From Elsinoe ampelina (taxonomy: Eukaryota), in assembly GCA_010093995.1 (NCBI GenBank), contig ML992502.1, positions 2,172,541 through 2,236,540 of the forward strand: a stretch of DNA of 64,000 nucleotides, read 5' to 3'. Every line of letters starts with the position of its first letter. Within the stretch, counting starts at the first letter, position 1. The notes under the pieces are model-generated. The model searched no databases. It worked only from the letters and a program-made list of their open reading frames with translations, and had not been told where the DNA came from. The position numbers were made by a program, and so were the translations under genes. Below are positions 24,124 to 33,947 of this stretch, piece by piece.

Positions 24124-25047
24124 CTACTGCTGGAAATTCATACTATACCCCCCACTCCTCTCATCCTTGACAAAATTAAAATTCTCCGTGCTCAACCCAA
24201 ACGGCTTCAGCAAACTATTCCCCAACCCCTTCAGCGTCCCCATCATCTCGGCCATCTCCCTCTGCCTCGCGTCGTCCAGCCTCGGCCCCAGCGCCGCCAA
24301 CGCACCCTGCACGGTGTTGCGATCTGTAGGGGACAAGCCGGGTGCGCGGAGCAGGAAGCGGTAGTCTTCTTCCGCGCCCTGCAGGTGTGACCAGGTGGCG
24401 AGTTCGGTGCGGGCTTTGGCGCGGCGGAGGAGGATTTTGGAGCGGAGTTTTTGGACTTCGGCGAGGGTGTGGCCGCTTTGGTGCAGCTTGTCGAGAGCTT
24501 GTTCGGTCTCGTCGGTGGCTTCTTCTGCTCGGCCGTCGACCTGGAGGTCCTTGTTGGTATTGCCTGTCGTGACATCTGCTTTCCCGTTCGTCCCGTGTCC
24601 TGCCTCCTTCTTGCTGCCCGCCGTTCGTGACTCAGTGACGTCTACCCCGTCCAGACTTCGTAGATTGTCCACCGCTTTGTCCGCGCTTTCGATGGCTTCC
24701 TTCCATTCTGCGAGCTTGATGTGGCAGGCCGCTATGTTACTCCGCAACACTGCGATCTCATAGTCGAGGTAGTTGGGTACTGAGGCGAGGGCGCGGTCAT
24801 AGGTAGAGATGGCTTGAGAGAAGGAAGAGCGAGCGAAAAGAGCGTTGCCTTCTGATTTGAGATCGGTGGAGGTGGAGAGGAGGGAGGCTTCTTCAGTGGG
24901 GGAGAAGCGGTCCTCGCGCGGGGTTGGTCGAGGGAGAGAGGGATTGGTGGCAGCGGTCGGGGGCTGAGAGGAGGGTGACGGTGAGGGAGAGCGAGAGCGG
25001 GTGGAGTGGAAGGTCGCTGTTGAGGACGCGGGCGACGAGGGGCGCAT
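24124..25047 (-). CDS. TPR protein, TTC1-like
   Basis: LKSEGNALF...AISTYDRAL...SNIAACHIKL TPRs; TTC1-type C-terminus LKGLGNSLLKPFGLSTENFNFVKD...GGYSMNF. Confidence 0.9.
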   Translation of the reverse strand: MRPSSPASSTATFHSTRSRSPSPSPSSQPPTAATNPSLPRPTPREDRFSPTEEASLLSTSTDLKSEGNALFARSSFSQAISTYDRALASVPNYLDYEIAVLRSNIAACHIKLAEWKEAIESADKAVDNLRSLDGVDVTESRTAGSKKEAGHGTNGKADVTTGNTNKDLQVDGRAEEATDETEQALDKLHQSGHTLAEVQKLRSKILLRRAKARTELATWSHLQGAEEDYRFLLRAPGLSPTDRNTVQGALAALGPRLDDARQREMAEMMGTLKGLGNSLLKPFGLSTENFNFVKDERSGGYSMNFQQ

Positions 25048-25251
25048 CTTGATTGTGGTGGGGGAGGTGGGTGGTGGGCAGTGAGGTCAGGCATATGGCG
25101 GAAGGAAATTTACGGTGAGCGAGATGTATGTATGTGAAGAAACTACAGTGAGCCAGATTTTGTTCAGCGAAGCCTCTCAGACCTGTCCTTGTGTTGTATC
25201 GGACATGCCAAAGTCTTCCTGACATCAATAGTGATTGATTCGGTATCAGCC

Positions 25252-26409
25252 ATGGCGTCCGATTCAGGGAATAGCACGCCGAATTCAAGGTTCAAGACGT
25301 CAGATATGGCGGCTGAAGAGCAGCTAAAGTCTCAGACTGTTGGCTTGGTCCATCTATCAGATTTTCGCAAACGAAGAGCAGAAGCACTTGACACGGATGG
25401 TGCCTCATCAGGCACGACGACGCCTACAGAGAGGTATGATCATTTCCCCTGACGAGTGACGCAGAGCTGAGTTCTCAAGCGCAGGGAAGGAGTGAAGTTC
25501 GCCACCAAGAGACGCAAAGCTCCTAAACAGAAGGGCGGCTTGTCCTTCGGCGGCGACGATGACGGGACCGAATCATCCCAAGCCGTATCTGCAAAGACGA
25601 CACCTCGATCAAAAACACCCGTGTCTCGACAATCTCCTTTCGATGACCAAGTCCAGCCCAAAGGTCTAGCTGCAAACGCAGGCGTCAACTTCGTGGCCAA
25701 GTCAAAGACGAAATCCGCGTTAGCACGTGAAGCGGAGATTAAAGATGGCCTCCGCAAGGAATTCTTGGCCGTACAGCAGCGGGTCCGAGCGACTGAGTTT
25801 CTGGTGCCTTTCGTCTTTTACGACGGAGCGGATGCTCCGGGCGGCATGTGCAGAATGCGAAAGGGCGATCAGATATGGCGTTTTCTAGATCGGGCGCGAA
25901 AGGTCGGTGCGGGACGTGAGGGTGGCATGAAGCAGTGGGGACGGGTGAGTGTGGATGATCTGATGGTTGTCAAGGATGGGTTGATCATCCCACATGTGAG
26001 TACAATTCAGCTGTGAGGGGTATCGTACTGACGGTCGAAGCATCTGGACTTTTACTCGTTCATGTTGAACAAGGTGAAGGGCTACAATGGTGTAGAGATG
26101 TTTCCATACTCGGCAGAGCCTAGTAAGGCGACTCCTGAGACGGTCGCGGACACGGCTTCTACTGGTGGGCTGAATGTTCCGGGCCAAAAGCCTTTGGTCG
26201 AGAGGAAACCCGACAGTGCGTTCGCTGATGCTGAGCTGGAAGGGTACAATGACGATCCGGCTCTTACCAAAGTGGTGGATCGTCGATGGTACGAGAAGCA
26301 CAAGCACATTTTTCCTGCAAGTATCTGGCAGGGTTTCGATTCGGGGAAAGATTACTCTACGCTCGTGAGGAAGGATGCTTCTGGGAATGTCTACCACGCA
26401 AGTGGATGA
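25252..26409 (+). CDS. XAP5: XAP5/FAM50 family nuclear protein; introns 25434-25484 and 25996-26040
   Basis: LKSQTVGLVHLSDFRKRR, PFVFYDG, VSVDDLMVVKDGLIIPHH-DFY, KVVDRRWYEKHKHIFPASIW. Confidence 0.92.
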
Positions 26410-28203
26410 AAGGTGTGGTGCCTGGATGCGATGTGCAGCGCGCTATTGAAACCTGAAGTGGATTCGAGCATCTTGGACGATGGAAGCAAGTGTAGACGGA
26501 GCGGCTGGCCTTGGTGGAGTGTGGACAGATTGTCAAAGGATCTGGCAGGGTTAATACGTTGATGAACGGCACCGGCATGTGTACCGAGACAGATGTCTAG
26601 GCGGTAATATGTTTGGTGGCGTCCCCGAAAGATGGTAAAAAGCGTGCTAAAGCATGCTTGCTTGTTTCTTGGATCGACCACAACCAGCACCTTGGAAAGT
26701 CCAGGCGATATTAGGCGAATGTGCATGCCATCTCCTCGGAGGACCCGAGGCTGCACGTGGGGGCGACTGCTTGGTAGTGAACCAGTACTCTGCGCTTTCT
26801 GAAGAGTTACTTTGCTCAACTGCGCTTCCACTTGTGCGAGATATGGATCTACTGCTGCGGCACTTTACATACAGTCGTCGCTTCAGCCAAGTCGGCACGT
26901 AGCTGCAGCCCTTGTTGGACCGTGACAAGCTGATGACTGGTACTCCCGACCAGGCAAACTATGTGGTACAAAGGCTGCATGCGGTGCTAGCCAATCTGTC
27001 CATTCTTGACGGGAAGAAAGATCACCCTCTTTCTAGATCAGCCGCAATATGTGAGTACCAACTACACGGGTGCAGGGATCTCAACAAAAAGGTACCCACA
27101 AAGGCTAAATAGGCGCATTAGCTGGAGAAATAGATGAACGTCATGCCCGCCAAGGGCAATAGTTCATGTTCACGAGCCCAAAGAGTCGGGTGGCGTCAAG
27201 CTCTAGGAAATCACAAGGCGGGGTCACTCATCTTCTTCGACTCTTCCACCTCCGATCTCATCGTCCTCTGGACAACTCTTGAGCCGCATCTCAATCTCGC
27301 TTTTCTCGGCTGATGTATCTCATCTAACCTGCATGACTTCTTTTGGACGTTGTAAGACATCTTGTTCTGTTGGTATATGCAGTCCACGTAGCGAACGTAC
27401 TACCTTATTTCACTTAGTCTGTCGTGGCACCAACGGAGAAATTCCTCGACCTATCATTCTGCCCTGGCATGTCGCTGGTCCCGACTGGTAGTTCGCTCGA
27501 TATTGCTCGATTTCCAAAGGGCCCGTGTTAGACTCCAAATCCGTTCTTGACCACTTCTGATCCAGAGTGCTGGATCTCGATGCGGCTCTTGCCTGTTCAA
27601 GTGATGTCGCTATACCGGCATCATCCGTCGAGTAAGGAGAACATCCTGATTTTCACTCATGCGATGCTGATCATGCACAGTGTTCTCCTGGTGACGAGAA
27701 CGAAGGCTCGTGTCCGCCCGAACCAGGCCGACGCCATGTACAGCGGTGAATCTCGTCCGGGTCAAATCATCGTGAGATGCTCTCGCTCAGTCACGACATC
27801 ATACCGTACAAGCGACGCTACTATCGGCCTGCATTCGGTAGCTTCGAGCTTCAATATCGACCTGCAGCCGCGCATTGCGGCCGTCTCCTCCTGCCAGCAT
27901 TGCAAGTTATCGTCCATGGTGGGCGATTCTGTTCGACGCCAGAGCTAAGAGCTACCCGCAGATAGTCACCCTCCATGAACAGTACTCATGTCGAGCCATG
28001 AGTTTGGATCGGACGGACGAGAACAGTGATGACTGGTCCCGGCTGAACTATGCCTCCCTCTTGTTGGACCAAGGTAAGATGTAGGTATAAGTACTGACCT
28101 GACATCTCTCCTCGAACCAAGAGTACGCTGGCATCTCTCGTTGAAGCCTGCTGTCCGTATTTTTGCTCCTTCTCTTGCCAACCACCCTTGTTCCTCCTTC
28201 ATC

Positions 28204-30711
28204 ATGCATCTCACCAACATCATCTTGGCCTTGATGGCCACATCGGCCTTGGCCCGTCACGTCCCTCGCCGGGCCAATGCTGTGGCTTATGCTCAGTACG
28301 ACGGCTACCCGGAGTCGAGCAAGGAGCCAGAATACCCCACCACGACAAAGAAGGAGGACGAATATCCATCTACGACAAAGAAGGACGAATATCCGTCGAC
28401 GACTAATAAAGATGAATATCCTTCGACTACTAGGTGAGTGATCGCACAGATCGGCCCTCATTTGGCAGACTTTTTATCTCAAGTCGGTGCACACACTCTG
28501 ACAGCAGTGATAGCAAGTCTAAGGAGCCCGAGCCCACTACAGGGCCGCCAAAGGAAAGCACAACGTTCGTGGATCGATGTCTGGCTGGACGGAAAACATG
28601 AGGACTGACGCTTGGCCGCAGCAAGTCTGAACCGCCAAAGGAGACAACCTCGTATACTTAGACGTGCCCAAACACAGTGAACAGCCTTGCTAATGCTCCT
28701 GCAGCAAATCTGAACCCCCTAAAGAGTCTACAACGTATGTATTCATGCTCACTTTACGCCTTGACACCTCGCTCTCAAAACTGCCTGAAGCACTGTGGTT
28801 ACCTGTTCAGCTCGACTGTTGACATTATAGATTACTACACAGGCTAACAGTCCGACAGGAAGAAAGAAGAGACGACGTGTGTCCCTCATCGTGTACTCAA
28901 TTCCATCCGCTAACTCGCGAAGCACTAAGAAGCCTGAATCCACGTCAGTAGTTGTGGCTCGTTGTAAGCCTTGAAGATCACTAACCAGGCCACAGAACAA
29001 AGAAAGAGGAAGAATCGACCAAGCCACCTCCTCCTTCGACAACTCCTGAGAAATCTTCCAGCACGTATGGCTACTTGGATATTGTGGCACCACAGGTCAC
29101 TCACGATCTTGCAGAACAAAGAAGGAAGAGCCAAGCACAAAGCCGCCGCCCCCATCTACAACTCCTGATAAAACAACATCCACGTAAGTTAGCGCATCCT
29201 TTGCATGGTCATTACTGACAATCTCTCAGCACCAAAGAGACCACGAGGCCTCCTCCAGAAACCACAAAGCCCGCAACCAGTACGAGCAGCGACAAGCAGA
29301 GTACCACGAGCGCCACGTCCAAGATAGAGACCTCGAGCACGTAAGTCACGCCATCTCATTTTGAATCAACCCAGGATTTGGGTATGTGACTATATATGCC
29401 TTGCATGCTTGGATCCCAGGTCAGGAACTCGAATCGTTGTAGCCCTTGGCTCAACTCATTTGCTGCCCTCTCCGAAGTCTTTGCTCCTTCAATGCGCATG
29501 ATCAAAGTTGTGTCGAGGATCACTGATTATTCTTTAGCGTAAAGCCTCCGGTCACAACCTCCAAATCCAAAGAAGAGAGGTAAGTAGAACTTTTATTTCT
29601 TCAATACTGCATGGTCATGATCATACCTAGATCATTGCATGATATCTCAGGCAAGGTTGCGGTATTGGCCGATTCTAATCTGACACCATTCACCATTCCC
29701 TCAGCGCTGCTGTCCAAGTTTGCACGCTAATCATGACTAGTACACCGGCACCTACTACCACAGAGGTAAAAACTACTACAAGGTCCGTGGCAAACTATGG
29801 TTTCCGATCCGAATATACATTTCTGATACATGATGCAGCGACAAGGTCACGACAACGACTAAAAAGATTGAGAGTACAACCAGGTGAGTGTTCGATATCT
29901 GTCCTGCTGGCTGGTAATCTTCTCTCGGACCTTGCTCAGGAGTAGCATGTTCCAATGGGATCATGCCTCAACCTCTTTCACAGAACTATGCTTGGTTTCC
30001 TCCCGCATGATATCAATTCATTACACGAGGAGATCTGGCCCTATCTCTTGTAGAATTGGACTACCTTGCTGACTCAAACCTTAGTGAAAAACCAACGAGC
30101 AAGGTCACGACTACTACGTGAGTCACATCTTCTTCCCTTCATCAGTCAAGCGTGTTCCTGCCCGGTTTATCGCACACATATCTTCCTTAAGCGGGTCTTT
30201 CGTCAGGCATGGTCCCCTCTCTGAGGTCCTTTACGGAATGCTTTCGTGTCGTGGATATAGGCGATAGTTCCCCCAGCGCTGATAGATCGACAGCAAGAAA
30301 GAATCCACACCAGCTCCTACGAAAACCCCCAAGGTCACCACCACACCAGTGAAGACTACAACCCGCCCTCCAATCACCGTCACCCGATCAGTTTCGACCG
30401 AACCCGACAAATCCTCCTCTACCAAAACTTCCGAGAGCAAATCCGAGAGCAAGACGACTCCTGTGAAAACCACAGAGAGCAAAACGAAGAGCGAATCAAA
30501 AACGGTCCCCACCCCAAGCACTACCCCCAAGGTCACCACCTCCCCGTCTCCTAAGCCAACTACCACAGACGAGAAGCCAAAGACAACCTGCAAGACCCTC
30601 ACGGAGACAAAGGTCGAGTACACCAGCACCGTCACGACGGTCACTTACCCGACATATGTGACCAAGACACACGTGGCGACCGTCTGTCTCCCGACGTACT
30701 ACAAGATGTGA
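28204..30711 (+). CDS. Secreted Thr/Lys/Pro/Glu/Ser-rich mucin-like protein (~402 aa), 14 exons
   Basis: Signal peptide MHLTNIILALMATSALA. Exons 28204-28433, 28514-28564, 28622-28651, 28705-28734, 28859-28876, 28923-28943, 28996-29064, 29115-29183, 29230-29340, 29538-29579, 29741-29782, 29839-29883, 30085-30117, 30294-30711; total 1209 nt, open frame, GT-AG introns with CTRAY-like branch sites. Confidence 0.85.
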
Positions 30712-31078
30712 GGTGCCGGATCAGTGTTCCGCTTGACAAGCGGTCGAGGGGGTTGAGAAGGATTGAGCAGGTGGGACATGGTTGGGGGCGGAGGGAGGGT
30801 GGGTGACGGTACTACCAGTGGCAGGGGGGGGTTTCTTTTGCGTGTTGAGAGGTCATGGTGCATGGGATACGGTCTTTGATAGAGTTACGCCTGTGCGAAG
30901 CAGGGGAGAGTGTATTCACGGCTGATACTTTTGTAGCGATTGATGTGATGGGATGTGGTAACAAGGGATATTCAGTTCGAGCATCTGGTGTATTTCCCTT
31001 GATAGTGGCAATGTGGCGTGATGTAAAGACTTTTATGATTGATCTCCTATCTACAATTATTCTCCTAGGCTGAGTCGA

Positions 31079-32146
31079 TCACCACCCCACAGCGGCCTTG
31101 ATCGCTTGTGCCAATACCGGCGCCTCGGCAGCATGCGTCGCCGCATTTGGGTGGTAATCGCAACCAACATCACTCCCCTGCGATGGCCAGTCCACAAAGT
31201 ACGCCTTCGTTCCATTAAGCTTCGAGATGGCATCCTTGAGTGCGTTGACCTGTGTCGTATGCTGAGCGTCTTCGACACTCGGGTACCCGTCGCTCAACAT
31301 CGGCGAGCTGAGCAAGAAGAACGACGCCTTCTTATACTTTGCCGAGATCGTGCCGATGAAGTCCACGAATGCCTGAGTGTAAGTGGGGATGTCAAGGCGT
31401 TCGCGCACGTTGAGGTAGCCGAAGTCGTTGGTGCCGAGGTTGATGACGACCGCGGATGGGTTCCAGGAGGATGGGAAGGGGTAGTTGCCTGTGGCGTCGT
31501 TGGCGCCGTAGCGCGTCCAGAGCTCGGGCATGAGGGGCGACGTGTCGACTTGGCCTGAGCCATAGTTGCGGACGATGCCCTTCCCTGACCAGGCGATGAC
31601 GTGGTAGTCTGCCTTGAGGGAGGTGGCGGCGAGTGCGGCGTATGTGCGCGGGTTGTCGGTGACGGCTGCGTCGTTGACGCAGGGGAGAACGCCGTCCAGA
31701 CCGTAGCCTACGGTGATCGAGTCGCCGATGAATTCGATCTGACGTTTCTCGGCTGTAGTGGCGGAGGTGGGACCGTCGGCGGTGATGTCGCCTATGCTGA
31801 CGGTTCCAAGGGCTGTCTCTGAGCGGCGACGCAGGGTGACGGTATGCTCACCCTTGAGGAGTTGGGGTGTGGAGATGGACGTGGTGTTGACCTTGCGGAT
31901 GATGGTGGGGGCAGCATTGTCGACGAGCAGCTCGAAGCTGTTATCTCCGTTGATGGCGGTCAGACCGATGGTCGCCTTGGTGCCCTTGAACTTGAACTGT
32001 ACGCCGGTGCCAGGCCATGTGAGCTCCCTTGTCGCTGGGTTTACGCGGCCCAACCACCTGAACTTCTGAGCACGTTCATCAGTCTCGACAGGAACAGAGA
32101 GAGCGCTGGTGAAGAGCAGTGACGCCAGCAGAGATTGATAGAGCAT
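31079..32146 (-). CDS. Secreted SGNH/GDSL esterase, carbohydrate esterase family 2-like
   Basis: Signal peptide; N-terminal WPGTG beta domain; IEFIGDSITVGYG, AWSGKG, INLGTND, CDYHPN. Confidence 0.9.
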   Translation of the reverse strand: MLYQSLLASLLFTSALSVPVETDERAQKFRWLGRVNPATRELTWPGTGVQFKFKGTKATIGLTAINGDNSFELLVDNAAPTIIRKVNTTSISTPQLLKGEHTVTLRRRSETALGTVSIGDITADGPTSATTAEKRQIEFIGDSITVGYGLDGVLPCVNDAAVTDNPRTYAALAATSLKADYHVIAWSGKGIVRNYGSGQVDTSPLMPELWTRYGANDATGNYPFPSSWNPSAVVINLGTNDFGYLNVRERLDIPTYTQAFVDFIGTISAKYKKASFFLLSSPMLSDGYPSVEDAQHTTQVNALKDAISKLNGTKAYFVDWPSQGSDVGCDYHPNAATHAAEAPVLAQAIKAAVGW

Positions 32147-32452
32147 CTTGAAACAGCCGGTCGATTGGTAGATCAGGGAAAAGACTCAAGCATTTCCCAT
32201 CAAGGCTTCTTCTGGCCTACCTTTATACTTGTCTGCATGTGGCGGATCACGGTGCCGGTAGTCACGTAGCGTGTGAAACCTTCCATCCCCGCACCATGAC
32301 TTCCGCGCCGAATGGACGAACGGAAAGTCTTTATACATTTACCATAGTGGACGTGGGTGAAGGAAATTGAAGGTCCAGTTTTGCGGACCGCGAGATCGTC
32401 GTTTCTCCGTGCCCAAAGAGGAAGCCACGACAAGCTTTCGGCCCGGGGACTG

Positions 32453-32460
32453 CACGTGAC
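32453..32460 (-). promoter_or_regulatory. GTCACGTG E-box upstream of the CE2 esterase gene
   Basis: Exact motif on the minus strand, 10 bp from the copia LTR start. Confidence 0.5.
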
Positions 32461-32470
32461 CGTCGTGTCA

Positions 32471-33947
32471 TGTCAACCGAGGCATAAGCTGGAGCGCCAA
32501 GAAGACCCTGATTCAGTTCATCCCAAGGTTGAACTAAACACTATCTTACTATTTTACTAATCCATGATCAAATTGGATAATTATTGTCTTAATCTACTAC
32601 TATTAAGGAGTTCTTTTAATTTAGCTATCTTTTAGTATACTAGGTTAAGTATTTATATAGTTATAATCTATCTTATTTTAGTAGTTTAGGTAGTAATTAA
32701 TCCTTTTTCCTCCCCTACATAAGTTAATAGTTATAAGCCTAGTATAACTACCCCTATATAAGTACATTACTTAGTTGCTTTCCTACTCTATTTATTAGTT
32801 AATTCTCTACTATCTTGCTTTTTAAACATTAGAATCTATTAAGAACTGCCTTAACTATAACTATAGAATTTAGGTGTTAATAAAGGGATAAATAACTATA
32901 GATACTAACACCTTAATAGCTAGAACACCTATTATTCTTGCTATATTAGCTAAATAGGCTAGCTAGCTATATATTATTAAGATAAGAGCATTAAACACTA
33001 AGATATAGAACCTTATTAATCTCTAGAAGGCTAGTAAGCTAGAAGAGCTCTCTAAGCCTTAGAGGCTAGAGGTAGTAAATACTAACTTCTTAGTACTCTT
33101 CTAGATATATAAGGAGGAATAAGCATAATATAATAAATAGTATAAGGCCTTAGCTGATTTAGCTAGCCTTATTTAGTTATTAATTATACTATAAGTTCTT
33201 ACTATTATCTAACTAGAAGAGGATTCTTATTTATAGACTATCTTTAGAGCATTAAAGAACAGATTTGCTCTATCTAATATAGCTATTTAGCTCGAGGTTA
33301 AAGCACTTTAGAGGAAGTAGCTATCTAGCTCTTCCTTATAGAATATAGACTATTAGCTTTAGTAATAGAAAGAGGTTATAGATAAGGCTAGGAACTATAA
33401 TCTACTAGAAGCTTAAGGCTTAAGGCTATAGAGAGACTTCTTACTCTCTATCTTAAAGACTAAACTAGCATTTACTAATAAGTACCTTACTAATCTAGAT
33501 TTACTAACTCTACTAACTATACTTAAACCAATTACTAAGTTTAGACAGTTTTATAAACTCTATAAGCTATATAGCACTATAAAGGCTAGTAAGGGAGCTA
33601 CAGCCTTCTCTATAGCTACTAAGAATATTCTTTATAAGAAACCTAGTCTCTCTAGAGAGCCTAAATATATATACTAAGGCCGGTATAAGTAGATTAAGTA
33701 CTATTACTTAAATAAGCATCTAAGGCTAGAAGGATAGATACTAAACTAGTAGACTATAAAGGAAGTTAAACAAAGGCTAAATAATAAGACTCTTAAAAAG
33801 AGAATTAAGACTTCTATTACTAAGGAAGTATAACATTAGAAGGAGTTAACTCTACTAGTGTTAATTAATATAGCTATTACTATTAGATTATACTTAGTAT
33901 TTATTTTAGCTACTAGTAATATCTCTAACTTATAGATACTAGATTCT
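32471..33947 (+). mobile_element. Ty1/copia copy 2: 5' LTR (32471-32729), PBS and gag, interrupted in the protease codons by gypsy A
   Basis: LTR homologous to 4906-5164; 32731-33947 is collinear with 1-1217. Confidence 0.93.

Noticed and set aside
5502..26409. Functional cluster of RNA-processing genes (YRA1, UPF3, XAP5)
   Set aside because: Interspersed with unrelated genes and no shared motif seen; compatible with ordinary synteny.
26391..28100. Several 60-146-aa ORFs between XAP5 and the secreted protein
   Set aside because: No recognisable motifs and no consistent exon chain found; a small gene cannot be excluded.
4906..32729. LTR-island-LTR as one giant retro-transposed unit or Starship-like element
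   Set aside because: No PBS or PPT inside the two LTRs, the genes retain sense introns, no tyrosine-recombinase captain, and each LTR belongs to its own copia.
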